A DNA stretch of 64,000 nucleotides from a virus. A program made the position numbers and the translations under genes. Where the stretch lies: the IMG/VR virus record IMGVR_UViG_3300018080_000002, positions 93,358-157,357 of that record, one strand, 5' to 3'. Shown here in pieces: positions 1 to 9,651 of this stretch; the stretch's first letter is position 1, and each line of letters starts with the position of its first letter. The notes under the pieces are model-generated. The model did no database searches. It had not been told where the DNA came from and was given only the letters and a program-made list of their open reading frames with translations.

Positions 1-1
1 A

Positions 2-181
2 TGGGGTGTCTACGGTAGATTTAGACGGAGCGGAGAGTTTGTGGAGCCTCATACTAAAGGTAAGATTAGCGTATTAGATGGAAACCATAGGGCTTTAGCA
101 TCTAAAAAGGCGGGTAAATCTCATATTATGGTTATAATTCCAGATATTTCTTTTAATAAATATGTTGAGGACACACCATGA
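2..181 (+). CDS. 3' end of ParB/Srx-like domain protein (partial, runs off window start)
   Basis: Frame 2 reads ...KISVLDGNHRALASKKAG...; (I/V)(I/L)DGxHR is the ParB/sulfiredoxin motif; TGA 179-181 overlaps next ATG. Confidence 0.6.
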   Translation, partial: WGVYGRFRRSGEFVEPHTKGKISVLDGNHRALASKKAGKSHIMVIIPDISFNKYVEDTP

Positions 182-1251
182 TTACTACTCATTTGAATGA
201 GTTTTTATTAGTAAATCAAAAGGCTGTTTCTTTGATGGAGATGGTTTTTTCTGGATATACGAAATACGATAATCTTACGGTATTTTTTTCCAAGCAGAGA
301 AAGCCCTCTATAGCTATTTTGAGAAAAGGCAATAGGTATGATGTTTTGTTTTTCAAGCAAGGTAGGATGGGTCTAGTCCTTTATAATATTTTGGGTATGG
401 GTAGAGGACAGGGGGTTTCTGACGAGAAAATTTTTGATTTGATGTTGGAGAAATCTAAGGAAGTTGGTTTGTTGAAAAAGTTTCATTCCAATTTAACTGG
501 ACCAAAACTGATTGATTTATTGATAGTAAAAAGCGGTGTTCAGACTGAAGTTTTAAAAGACATTTTTCCAGATATTGATTTTGAGGAAAAGGGTGTTAAG
601 ACTCAGATTGGAAAATTCAATATTATAGGCTTATCTAAGAAAAACGAAAAGATCGTAGAATCATTGATTGACAAATCGTCCGATCTAATCAGGAAAGCAG
701 GATATGGTCATATACTTTATGGCGATGTGGTTATTGTTACTAGGGGTTCTATATCCCAGAGAGCTGCGGCTGATTATGGCGAAAAATCAGACAATATCAG
801 GTTGAAATTACCTGTTAAAATATTTGATCATGCTGTCCAGAGTCTCATTCATGAGTTGGGACATAGGCAATATTATAAATTTAAGACTGACCAAACAGCG
901 GTCCATCGGCGATGGCTCCAGGCTACTAGTAAATATCCCATATTGCGAATAGGAGACCGGGTAAAAGAACCTGATTCTGATAGGGAATTTTCGGTTACTG
1001 GTATTAAGTCTATTCGATCTGGAAACGTCAAGTACCAAGGATATTATATGGATGATCCTGGCAGAAAATTGATTGCTAGTGATCATATAGCTCTTTGGGA
1101 TAAGCTGACTGGAGAGAGCGACAGGGATGTTTTATCTGTATCACGATATGCCATGAGTAATGAGAGAGAGTTTTATGCAGAGGTTTTTGCTCATGGGGTT
1201 TTAGGAAATAAAAATGCTTTGCAATGGATCAAAGAGGTGTCATCTAAGTAG
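178..1251 (+). CDS. Zincin-like metallopeptidase (HExxH)
   Basis: IHELGH plus downstream SRYAMSNEREFYAEVF third-ligand motif. Confidence 0.7.
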   Translation: MITTHLNEFLLVNQKAVSLMEMVFSGYTKYDNLTVFFSKQRKPSIAILRKGNRYDVLFFKQGRMGLVLYNILGMGRGQGVSDEKIFDLMLEKSKEVGLLKKFHSNLTGPKLIDLLIVKSGVQTEVLKDIFPDIDFEEKGVKTQIGKFNIIGLSKKNEKIVESLIDKSSDLIRKAGYGHILYGDVVIVTRGSISQRAAADYGEKSDNIRLKLPVKIFDHAVQSLIHELGHRQYYKFKTDQTAVHRRWLQATSKYPILRIGDRVKEPDSDREFSVTGIKSIRSGNVKYQGYYMDDPGRKLIASDHIALWDKLTGESDRDVLSVSRYAMSNEREFYAEVFAHGVLGNKNALQWIKEVSSK

Positions 1252-1260
1252 GGGTTTAAA

Positions 1261-1635
1261 ATGTATAAAGCTAGGGATTTAATTGACGAGACTAACAATG
1301 TGGTGTCTTCGGTATTAGATGAAGAATCAATGAAAGTTATTAGGAAAGTAGATCAAGCTAAACCTGAAGATAAGGTTACAAGTGATTTTTTTGAGTATCT
1401 TTTGAGTAAAAAATTGAGAGTTGGATATAATGTTGATGATATGAGGGGTATTATTGATTTGGGTGAAATTGGAGATTTATATTTTGGTATGTCGTCTAAT
1501 GATCCTAGTGTTTTTTTCTCTATAAATGATAAACATTTTACCCATAGTTTTAAAGTTAGCATGGGTGAAAGTGTTAAATCTGTAATTGAATCTATTTTGA
1601 AATTTCGTAAGGTAGTTAATAATTACAGTGAATAA
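1261..1635 (+). CDS. Hypothetical protein with leader-like N-terminus (putative internal head protein)
   Basis: MYKARDLIDETNNVVSSVLDEE; purine-rich RBS; tight gene packing. Confidence 0.5.
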   Translation: MYKARDLIDETNNVVSSVLDEESMKVIRKVDQAKPEDKVTSDFFEYLLSKKLRVGYNVDDMRGIIDLGEIGDLYFGMSSNDPSVFFSINDKHFTHSFKVSMGESVKSVIESILKFRKVVNNYSE

Positions 1636-1658
1636 TTGATGAATGGAGGTTTGATTTT

Positions 1659-2225
1659 ATGTCGAATATTTTAAAAGAATTTGAAAGTTTTGGTTTAATA
1701 AACAAAAAAAAGACTACTCAAGAGGCTTACATTGATCCTGAGCAAGAGCAGGAACAGGACGGTGCAGAACCAGAGGGTCCAGAGGATGATGAGCCTAGAG
1801 CAGATGATATTGGGCAAGACTCTGAAGAGGAGGGTATGATCCAGGTTCCAGAGGAAACCAAAGAAAAGGTCATGGAGCTGCATAAGCTGGCTGGTGAAGT
1901 CTATGGATTGATGGCTGGTGAGCCTGAGACGGGTCAGGAAACAGAGGAATCATATGATGCCCAACCAGACGACGAAACTCCTCCTGAAGCTGTTGGCGAT
2001 CCTGACGATACTCCTGAAGATGATAAGACCGTTGATGCTACTATTGATGAGCTTATATCGACAAGTTGGGGTGGTGATAACGAGAGTCAGGGGAAAGCGA
2101 TAGAGCTGCTTAAGGGGTTGGCTTTTTCTGATGATCCGAAAGCGAATGCGTTTATGATGAAACTGGATGAGTTGACATCCGGTATGGACGCTAGTGCGTT
2201 AGGTGAGAGTAAAAAGAAAGCTTAA
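1659..2225 (+). CDS. Highly acidic protein, possible prohead core/scaffold-type
   Basis: D/E-rich low complexity; GGAGG RBS; directly upstream of neck gene. Confidence 0.45.
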   Translation: MSNILKEFESFGLINKKKTTQEAYIDPEQEQEQDGAEPEGPEDDEPRADDIGQDSEEEGMIQVPEETKEKVMELHKLAGEVYGLMAGEPETGQETEESYDAQPDDETPPEAVGDPDDTPEDDKTVDATIDELISTSWGGDNESQGKAIELLKGLAFSDDPKANAFMMKLDELTSGMDASALGESKKKA

Positions 2226-2238
2226 ATAGAGGTCCAGT

Positions 2239-3009
2239 ATGGATAATGCAGAATTAATTCATATCGTCCAGAAAAAGCTTGGGATGCCTCAAGTAAAAGT
2301 AGAGATGGATGAATCTCAATGGGATGAGATGGTAGATGAGACTAAGCGTTGGTTCCTTGGTAAGAAAGGGATTATAGGCGCAAAGTCGATGTATATTGTT
2401 CCTAAGAGACCAGTTAAGTTTAGTACGATAGATACCACTCATGGGGTGGACAGCATCGTAGATGTTATCTTTGGTGTAGATCCTGCGTTAAATGGTCTGT
2501 TTTATGATTGCATTTTCGGGGTATTTACCAATGGGTATCCTATTGTGGGAGCGTCTGTTTTTAAAACCCATTTCGGTCTATTTTCCTCTAGTCGCTATGC
2601 TCAGATGGTTATGGCTTTAGAGGAAAGACATAGGATCTATGGTTCTGAATATGACTGGTGGATTCTCGAAGGTGAGAATTATGATGGTGATGATAATCTG
2701 ATCATAGACGGTCGAGATGATGGTACAGGGGTGCTCTGTATCGTTAAATTTAAGCCAAGGTTAAAGCCTAGAGATCTCAACTTAGAATGGCTCAAATCGA
2801 GAGATGAGGAGCTTGTTGTTCGTTGGGCTACAGCAGAGGCTAAGGAGATTCTTGGTCATATCCGATCTAAGTATCCAAGTTATCAGACACCTGGAGGAGA
2901 TGTTTCTTTGAATGGGGAGGCGTTGCTTGAGCAGGCTAAATCCGAAAAGGAAATTTTAAACGTAGAGATATCGGAAAGCCAATTCCCGATGCCTTTTATT
3001 ACGGGGTGA
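2239..3009 (+). CDS. Neck protein, T4 gp13-like
   Basis: LGMPQVKVEMDESQW at N-term and WATAEAKEILG...PGGDVSLNGEALLEQA..EK at C-term match the gp13 pattern. Confidence 0.8.
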   Translation: MDNAELIHIVQKKLGMPQVKVEMDESQWDEMVDETKRWFLGKKGIIGAKSMYIVPKRPVKFSTIDTTHGVDSIVDVIFGVDPALNGLFYDCIFGVFTNGYPIVGASVFKTHFGLFSSSRYAQMVMALEERHRIYGSEYDWWILEGENYDGDDNLIIDGRDDGTGVLCIVKFKPRLKPRDLNLEWLKSRDEELVVRWATAEAKEILGHIRSKYPSYQTPGGDVSLNGEALLEQAKSEKEILNVEISESQFPMPFITG

Positions 3010-3278
3010 TGATTATGAATTTTGTAGAAAACGATAATAAACTTGCAACGAAAGTGATGTTTGGACAGACATTGACGGAGGCAAGTAACGAAGAAAAAAT
3101 AAGCAAACTTGAGGTCAAGTTTAACAAGTTAAGGGAAAAGGCTGAGGTTCTGAGAGATAGGCAGTTTAAGTTAGAGGATGAGCTTGAAAAGATTGTTAAG
3201 GCTGCGGATAAACTTGGAGCTGAAGAATTGTCTGGAGTGCATTTGGATGGTCTGTCTCTATCAGATTTGATGTCTTGA
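3006..3278 (+). CDS. Small coiled-coil protein, paralogue of 24025 and 24299
   Basis: KLEVKFNKL...ELEKIVKAADKLG...LSLSDL aligns with 24299 KLAVRYGKL...ELEKIKKIAERY...IDLSDV. Confidence 0.55.
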   Translation: MMIMNFVENDNKLATKVMFGQTLTEASNEEKISKLEVKFNKLREKAEVLRDRQFKLEDELEKIVKAADKLGAEELSGVHLDGLSLSDLMS

Positions 3279-3284
3279 GTAATG

Positions 3285-3298
3285 CGAAAGCGATTTCG
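3285..3298 (+). repeat. Dispersed 14-bp motif CGAAAGCGATTTCG, copy 1 (intergenic, followed by T run)
   Basis: Exact copy; CGAAA/TTTCG stem with GCGA loop. Confidence 0.85.
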
Positions 3299-3315
3299 TT
3301 TTTTAAGGAGTATGT

Positions 3316-4293
3316 ATGCGTAAGGTAGTCGTCACAGGGGGATGTGGCTTTATTGGAAGTGCGTTTGTTCGTTTATTTCATGAGAAATACGATATTCTGA
3401 TTGTTGATAAATTCACATATGCGGCAGATCCTATTAGGATAGAGGGGTGTAAGCATAGCATTTGGAAAGAGGATATTGCTAAGGAAAATTGGCATGATGA
3501 ACTGGTGAGATGGAAACCGGATGTTATTGTGAATTTCGCGGCTGAGTCTCATGTTGATAGATCGATTCATTCGGACCAGGTTTTTCTTGATGCGAATACT
3601 GGAGGGACTTTAAATCTTTTAAGGTACTGTAACGTCATGGGATGTAGGATGGTTCAGGTATCTACAGACGAGGTGTATGGATCTATACGAGAGGGTGCTT
3701 TTTTTGAGCATGATAGATTTAACCCTCGTAATCCATACAGTGCCTCTAAAGCGGCTGCGGAGCATTTCTGCAACGCTTATTATGCGACACATAAGATTGA
3801 TGTCGTTGGCACCAGAGGAGCTAATACCTACGGTCCTTGGCAGTATGCTGAAAAACTTATACCTGTAGCTTTAAAGAAATTGTATGATGGAGGTAAAGTC
3901 CCGGTATATGGCATAGGTGCTCAGATCAGAGATTGGTTGTATGTGGATGATCACGCCAAAGCCATTGAGCATGTTATGCTGCATGGTAAGGCTGGAGAGT
4001 TTTATAATGTTCCTGGCACCAAAGAATTGCAGAATATTGATTTAGTCAAATCTTTGATACAGACTTGTAAAGCTAGAGGTTGGGACATAGACGTTGATAA
4101 TAGCATTGAATTTGTGGCTGATAGAAAGGGTCACGATTTTAGATACAGCATGAATGGTGGAAAAATACACAGTATAGGCTTTTTTAAAACAACGATGTTT
4201 GAGGATGGATTGAACGCTACTGTGGATCACTATAAGAGGGTGTTTGATAAACAAAAATGTTTAAGAGGGGTAAGTAATGGGAACAATACCTAG
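3316..4293 (+). CDS. rfbB: dTDP-glucose 4,6-dehydratase
   Basis: TGGCGFIG, DKFTYA, FAAESHVDRSI, VSTDEVYG, YSASK, EKLIP, RDWLYVDDH, DRKGHDFRY. Confidence 0.93.
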   Translation: MRKVVVTGGCGFIGSAFVRLFHEKYDILIVDKFTYAADPIRIEGCKHSIWKEDIAKENWHDELVRWKPDVIVNFAAESHVDRSIHSDQVFLDANTGGTLNLLRYCNVMGCRMVQVSTDEVYGSIREGAFFEHDRFNPRNPYSASKAAAEHFCNAYYATHKIDVVGTRGANTYGPWQYAEKLIPVALKKLYDGGKVPVYGIGAQIRDWLYVDDHAKAIEHVMLHGKAGEFYNVPGTKELQNIDLVKSLIQTCKARGWDIDVDNSIEFVADRKGHDFRYSMNGGKIHSIGFFKTTMFEDGLNATVDHYKRVFDKQKCLRGVSNGNNT

Positions 4294-4825
4294 CACAGAA
4301 ATTTGTGGCCGAGCCATCGCAGACGGAATGTTAGTTCCGATCTCATATGATGATGGTGCTAAACAGGAATATGGTTTTATCGGCAATGTGAGAAAAGGTG
4401 GTCCGACAGATTTTTTCTGGAGAGTAACCAAGGCTGAATTAGTAGATTGGAAAATCTCGAAAGATGATTTGATGGATTGCGTTCGTCAATTATCTGAGAT
4501 GGGCAATATAGAGCAGTTGAGAGACATGCTTGGTATTAGCCCAGGTCAGGGTTTAAAGTATTGCGATTTTGGTCTTAGGAGCGAAACCAATCCTAAGATT
4601 TGTTGTCGAGTGGTTGTCAATTCGAGGACAGCATACGGTCATCCGTACTGGGATGCTGATGGTGGTGCTCCAAGCAATTTCAACGATTATGGTCAGGTAA
4701 TAGAGATTTATTTCTATTATGATATTCATAATGTCGTATCTGGGGAAGAAACGGATGATCGATTGGTTGGCGATATGAATAAGCTACTATTTGGAGATGG
4801 TGTAACTGTTCCTACTTTACTTTAA
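4277..4825 (+). CDS. Hypothetical protein
   Basis: 182-aa ORF, GAGGGG RBS, overlaps rfbB end. Confidence 0.5.
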   Translation: MGTIPSTEICGRAIADGMLVPISYDDGAKQEYGFIGNVRKGGPTDFFWRVTKAELVDWKISKDDLMDCVRQLSEMGNIEQLRDMLGISPGQGLKYCDFGLRSETNPKICCRVVVNSRTAYGHPYWDADGGAPSNFNDYGQVIEIYFYYDIHNVVSGEETDDRLVGDMNKLLFGDGVTVPTLL

Positions 4826-4836
4826 GGAAAGAGAAT

Positions 4837-5049
4837 ATGAGGCAGTTCAAAAAAAGACCGATCAAGGATTTTATGGCTGTTGACATTAAAGAGGACATAG
4901 CCTCTAGCGCGACAGTGCCGGGTTTTACGATTGAGGGTGAATGGAATGGTATCAATAATTTCATGTCAGATCTTAAATATCACTTAACGATTTTGAGTCA
5001 GAAACATGGTGTTAAGGTGGTATCATCTGGGGAACCTGAAGATGGGTAG
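4837..5049 (+). CDS. Small hypothetical protein
   Basis: IKEDIASSATVPGF resembles ISEQTTTANVPGF of 28784. Confidence 0.45.
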   Translation: MRQFKKRPIKDFMAVDIKEDIASSATVPGFTIEGEWNGINNFMSDLKYHLTILSQKHGVKVVSSGEPEDG

Positions 5050-5533
5050 ATTACGAGATGGTTATGAAAATCCTTTGTTCCAGCATTACAGCTCTGAGAT
5101 AGTAGATTTGTATGGGACTGACGAGGTGATCTTGTATCGATTTGATGAGGCGTTATCTGATTCTGTAGCAGATCCTCTATGGGACGAGTATGCTCCAGCT
5201 CCTAAATATCGAGCTTTTAAAATCAAGGGATTTAGGTTTGACATAAGTAGGGATGGCAGCACAAATTCCCCTCATGGAAAAAATACTGAGATCGATGTTA
5301 CATCTACGATATCCAGAAATCACTTGGACCATGCAGGAGTCCCTACAGATGTGGATGGGAGGATGGTGAGAGAGGGTGACGTCCTATTGTTTCACGAAAG
5401 AGGAGATACGTTCTACTACGATATTATTGGCACGAACAGAAAAGGTCATGTGAACAACACTGATTCGTGGACATATGTAGAATGTACGATGAAACGACGA
5501 GAAAAGTTCACTCCAGAACGAAAACTTCCGTAG
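5042..5533 (+). CDS. Neck/head-closure protein, T4 gp14-like
   Basis: EIVDLYG.E.ILYR, DPLWDEY, ISRNHL, EGDVLLF..YYDII pattern; near gp13-like gene; start moved to ATG 5042. Confidence 0.6.
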   Translation: MGRLRDGYENPLFQHYSSEIVDLYGTDEVILYRFDEALSDSVADPLWDEYAPAPKYRAFKIKGFRFDISRDGSTNSPHGKNTEIDVTSTISRNHLDHAGVPTDVDGRMVREGDVLLFHERGDTFYYDIIGTNRKGHVNNTDSWTYVECTMKRREKFTPERKLP

Positions 5534-5544
5534 GAGGGTGTTAT

Positions 5545-6087
5545 ATGCCGCTTAAAAAATCATGCAGTATAAAGGCGTATAAAGACAATGTCGCAGAGTT
5601 AATTGGCTCTGGACGCAAACCTAACCAAGCCGTTGCAATCGCCATCAGGACGCTAAAAACGGCTTGTGGGGTGGAATCTGATAAGAGGATGAGTCCCAAG
5701 CAGATTGTTGGAGAATCGCTAAGATTGCCGAGATTACGCGAAATGGCATCCAGTTTAAAAAGCTTTGGAAAATTAGGCTTTTACAACGGATACGATAATT
5801 TTGGCGATGTTTTGGATAAATTCGAGGATTTACGGATAGAGTTACGACCAACCAAAAATGATTTTAAGGTGATTGAGGATTTTAAAAAGCAGAACGAAAG
5901 CGATGGCGATAAGGATCATCGTGATTATTGGTCTGGTATCGCTAGGCAATGTAATTACGTTACTGATTGTTTGAGATTGTATGGTTTAGCTTTGGAAAAT
6001 CAGGTTCCAGGTTTGGATGATATTTTTCAGAAAAGAGCGATTCAGTTGGCTAATAGAGATCGATGGATAAACATAGAGGAGCTATGA
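5545..6087 (+). CDS. Hypothetical virion-associated protein
   Basis: N-terminal MPLKK...NVAELI.SG...QAVAIA module seen in small phage head-region proteins; GGAGGG RBS. Confidence 0.5.
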   Translation: MPLKKSCSIKAYKDNVAELIGSGRKPNQAVAIAIRTLKTACGVESDKRMSPKQIVGESLRLPRLREMASSLKSFGKLGFYNGYDNFGDVLDKFEDLRIELRPTKNDFKVIEDFKKQNESDGDKDHRDYWSGIARQCNYVTDCLRLYGLALENQVPGLDDIFQKRAIQLANRDRWINIEEL

Positions 6088-6428
6088 TGTATAGGTTAGC
6101 AAATGATTTAAACGAATTTGACAAGTTGATCAGAACTCTGAAGGAAGATGATGATGAGCCTCAGATCAAATCGACAGATAAGGTTGATTATGGTGACGAT
6201 GATGTCAATGAGGCTGACTTCGGAGCTTATGTCAAAAAGGTCAAAAATGTCATGAATGCGTTTCGTAAGATAGGCATGAACATAGAGGATTTGATTGCGG
6301 ATCAATCGACACCCTCTGAGTTGAAAGACTATCTTATGGAGTTGGATAAGGATGTGAGTAAGAGTTACATGAAATTGTATAAATTTGCTCACAGGGTTAA
6401 AGTCAGACATTACAAAAATGGAGAATAA
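6084..6428 (+). CDS. Hypothetical protein with leader-like N-terminus
   Basis: MYRLANDLNEFDKLIRTLKE; GAGGAG RBS. Confidence 0.5.
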   Translation: MMYRLANDLNEFDKLIRTLKEDDDEPQIKSTDKVDYGDDDVNEADFGAYVKKVKNVMNAFRKIGMNIEDLIADQSTPSELKDYLMELDKDVSKSYMKLYKFAHRVKVRHYKNGE

Positions 6429-6431
6429 GGT

Positions 6432-6785
6432 ATGAGACACGCAGAAAAAATCAAGACTATTGGTGCTGGACTATTAAGTGAAAGCAATCATGTGTTGAAA
6501 AACGATATTGCGGAGACGAATGCGATCTTGGAAAGGGTTGCTCATGGTTTAGAGGAAGTGAGGACTGCTGAAGAGGATTTTGAAGAATCTCTTTTTGATG
6601 AAATTGTTGAATTTGTAGTTGTGAAATATAAGCAGCAGTATCCTGACATTACTCCAGATGAACTCGCTATGAAAGCATCTGCTCTGTTCCTTACTCTGAG
6701 TAAGGCTAAGTCGGTTGTTAGGAGTGATGCAAAGCGAATGGCTAAAAAAACGGGATTAGAGAGACAAATAAAAAGAGGTTTGTAA
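6432..6785 (+). CDS. Hypothetical protein
   Basis: Helical ORF with LSE/ILE/LEE sites. Confidence 0.5.
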   Translation: MRHAEKIKTIGAGLLSESNHVLKNDIAETNAILERVAHGLEEVRTAEEDFEESLFDEIVEFVVVKYKQQYPDITPDELAMKASALFLTLSKAKSVVRSDAKRMAKKTGLERQIKRGL

Positions 6786-7261
6786 TGCGAGAACAATATT
6801 TACAAGAGATGGAAATTATAACTGATTTACTTGAGGGTTCAGGTGAGTCGGTTGTAGAAAGCGTCAATGATTATTTCTCTGCTGAAGATAAGATGAAGAG
6901 TTTGGTAGTGACTTATCTTAAGGCTAGACAATCTCTCAAAGATTGGATCGACAAAAACAAGCCGGATGATCCTTTAGCTTTTTTAAGTGATGATCCAGAG
7001 CCAAAAGAGGCAAAGTCTTTGAGGTTGAAAAAGGAAAAAGCGGCAAGTAATGCTGAAAAGTTTTTTACTAAGTTTCTTGCTGCTTATATAGCTGAACCTG
7101 AAGTGGGAAGGGCTAATTTCAAATCAGCTATGGATGGATATATTGTATCGCCAAAGTCAGTGGAGATTGAGAAAGGCAAAAAGCATGATACGAGGTCAGC
7201 TTTGTCTGTTGCTAAAAAGATAGCTCCAAATATTGTAAAGAATTATAGACTTTTTGATTAG
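6785..7261 (+). CDS. Putative internal head protein, leader family B
   Basis: MREQYLQEMEIITDLLE. Confidence 0.55.
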   Translation: MREQYLQEMEIITDLLEGSGESVVESVNDYFSAEDKMKSLVVTYLKARQSLKDWIDKNKPDDPLAFLSDDPEPKEAKSLRLKKEKAASNAEKFFTKFLAAYIAEPEVGRANFKSAMDGYIVSPKSVEIEKGKKHDTRSALSVAKKIAPNIVKNYRLFD

Positions 7262-7267
7262 AGGATT

Positions 7268-7543
7268 GTGATGCGTAATCAATATTTGAAAGAGGTATCG
7301 GATATTGTCAATTTCATGATGGGTAAATCGGACGATATCTCTGAGGAGATTGGAGATCCTATCAATGACGATGATGATGCTGAAAAAAGGCTACAGGTTG
7401 CTTTGAAGGACATCAAAGATGTTTTGAAGAAAATACCTCATTTAAAAGATCGCAAATACATCGCTCGTATATTGGGTCAGGTTCAAGTTGATATGGATGA
7501 TTTGATGAATTATTTTTCTAAAAAGAAAAGATTCAAGGGTTGA
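7268..7543 (+). CDS. Putative internal head protein, leader family B
   Basis: MRNQYLKEVSDIVNFMMG...ISEE. Confidence 0.5.
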   Translation: MMRNQYLKEVSDIVNFMMGKSDDISEEIGDPINDDDDAEKRLQVALKDIKDVLKKIPHLKDRKYIARILGQVQVDMDDLMNYFSKKKRFKG

Positions 7544-8730
7544 TGAAAGACAAAGCCTCAACAGGAGTTCCTATTATGGTAGAGGAAGCATTGGGAGACA
7601 TTGTTGAGAGAGTAAAATCGAAAAGCGAAGCTCGTAGGCTGTCTATACAGACGGGAAAGGAGATTGATATGGATGGTTTTGACTTACCGGATATGGATGT
7701 GACTGTATCTGACGATAAGACCAGAATCATTGAGGACGAAAAGAAATCTGCTATTAGAATGGCCTTTCTTGGTCTGGGTCAAGGCGGTGGTAACATAGCG
7801 GATACATTCTGGAAGTATGGATATAGGCGTGTGTTAATAGTGAACACGACTGATCAAGACTTCAAAGACATAGAATGCACGAATCGCTTGGTTATCGGAG
7901 ATGATGTCAGGGGTGCTGGCAAAGATCCAGCAGTAGGTGCGAAGGTGTTTGAGGACCACAAAGAGGATGTTCTTACAGCTATAAAGAATGCCTTTGGTAA
8001 GGACGTGGAGCAAGTAATGATCTGTGTTGGTGCTGGAGGAGGGACCGGAGGAGGTTCTGCTTCAGGTGCAGCCAAAGCGATCAAGGAATTTCTGAAAAAC
8101 AATGGATCTGAAGATGCAAAAATAGGTTTCATTGTGAGTATGCCAGCCAAGCCGGAGGGTAGTGTAGTTGTCAATAACGCGGAGACGTTATTGGGTATGT
8201 TGCGTGAGTCTGTAAAGTTGAAAGAAATAAGTCCATTGGTGGTAGCTGATAATGCGAAAATTCTTAAAATTTTTCCGAATACGAAACTTGGTCAACGTTG
8301 GGATGTTATCAATCGGAGTGTTTGTGGGCTTTTTGATAGCTTTAATGTGCTTGCTGCACAGAGTTCCAGTTATGCGACCTTTGATCCACAGGATTACAAA
8401 AAGGTTCTTAACAGTGGGATGTTGATATTTGGCAGGAGTGTATTAGGGGTTCCTGAGACTGGAACAGAGTTGAGCGATGCTATCAGAAAGAATCTTAAAG
8501 GTGGTTTTTTGAGCGAGAGATTTGCTTTAACAGCAGCCACTCATGCGGCATCCATTATTGTTGCGAACAAAGACACCTTGGACCAGTTGGACCAGGAGGC
8601 TTATGATATGTCGTTTGAAACGCTACAGAGAGTCATAGGTTCAAAGAAACTGGTAATGTATCAGGGAATTTTCGATAACGAGAAAGTTAAGGGGATACAT
8701 TATTTTACGGTAGCGGGTGGTTTAGGATAA
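7540..8730 (+). CDS. Tubulin/FtsZ-family GTPase (PhuZ/TubZ-like)
   Basis: GLGQGGGNIA (T1 loop), GAGKDP, GAGGGTGGG (T4 signature), DN, FDPQDY (T7-loop equivalent). Confidence 0.88.
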   Translation: MMKDKASTGVPIMVEEALGDIVERVKSKSEARRLSIQTGKEIDMDGFDLPDMDVTVSDDKTRIIEDEKKSAIRMAFLGLGQGGGNIADTFWKYGYRRVLIVNTTDQDFKDIECTNRLVIGDDVRGAGKDPAVGAKVFEDHKEDVLTAIKNAFGKDVEQVMICVGAGGGTGGGSASGAAKAIKEFLKNNGSEDAKIGFIVSMPAKPEGSVVVNNAETLLGMLRESVKLKEISPLVVADNAKILKIFPNTKLGQRWDVINRSVCGLFDSFNVLAAQSSSYATFDPQDYKKVLNSGMLIFGRSVLGVPETGTELSDAIRKNLKGGFLSERFALTAATHAASIIVANKDTLDQLDQEAYDMSFETLQRVIGSKKLVMYQGIFDNEKVKGIHYFTVAGGLG

Positions 8731-8744
8731 ACAAAGGAGAAAAT

Positions 8745-9611
8745 ATGTTTAAAATAGCTCATGTTTCAGAGGAATTAGCTCCAGGTGAATTTGAGAATGA
8801 GATCAAAGAAATCGCATATGCCTTAGATACATATGTTCCGAAACCGAAGCTTGGTCAGCCATTCAAAATGAAGATTGAATCAGGATTTTATGATTTGCAA
8901 TGTTCCCTGAATGAGCATTCTGTCAAAAAGCTTAAACCGATGGAGATCATTTCTGACGAGATGATGGAAACATCGTGGAATAGGGTGCTTAGATCGGAGG
9001 TTCATAAGTTTTATACGAGCAGGGACAGGCTGGAGTCGAAGGGATTGCTGCATAAAACGGGTTTATTGCTATACGGACCTCCAGGATCGGGCAAAAGCTC
9101 TCTGCTTAAGATGGAGATGAAAAGGTTAGCTCAAGATGGAAAGGTCATATTTATGGCTCGTAGCCCATATATGATCAAAGAGTCGTTGGCCAATTTCAGG
9201 AAAATGGAGCCAAACAGAGATGTAGTGGTTATCCTGGAAGATATGGATGAGTACGTTAAATATGGTCTGCATGAGATGTTGGAGACAATGGACGGTATGA
9301 ACACCGTTGATCATGTCATGTTTGTCGCTACGACGAATAACATGGAGGGGATGCCTAACAAGATCTTAAGGACTGGAAGGATCGATAAAAAGATAGAGAT
9401 ACCGATGCCTCATGTAAGAGAGAGGCGAAAGTATCTTGAGATGAAAACCAACTGGAGGCCATCATTGATTGAAAATGTGGCGGTTAGGACTGAAGGATTT
9501 GGGTACTCGGATCTCAGGACATTATGTCATTTCGTGGATGGTTATGGAATGAAGATAAGAGATTCATATAGAGAAATACGGAACGATATACGTTCTCGTA
9601 ATAAGAAATAA
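8745..9611 (+). CDS. AAA+ ATPase, classic clade
   Basis: Walker A GPPGSGKS, Walker B VILEDMDE, ATTN sensor, SRH LRTGRID. Confidence 0.9.
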   Translation: MFKIAHVSEELAPGEFENEIKEIAYALDTYVPKPKLGQPFKMKIESGFYDLQCSLNEHSVKKLKPMEIISDEMMETSWNRVLRSEVHKFYTSRDRLESKGLLHKTGLLLYGPPGSGKSSLLKMEMKRLAQDGKVIFMARSPYMIKESLANFRKMEPNRDVVVILEDMDEYVKYGLHEMLETMDGMNTVDHVMFVATTNNMEGMPNKILRTGRIDKKIEIPMPHVRERRKYLEMKTNWRPSLIENVAVRTEGFGYSDLRTLCHFVDGYGMKIRDSYREIRNDIRSRNKK

Positions 9612-9651
9612 TTTCTGTAGGTGATAATTTTATTTTTTATAGAGGTATGTT

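Noticed and set aside
7540-8730. Host cell-division ftsZ indicating chromosomal DNA
   Set aside because: Divergent T7 loop, no C-terminal linker or conserved peptide, and no dcw neighbours.
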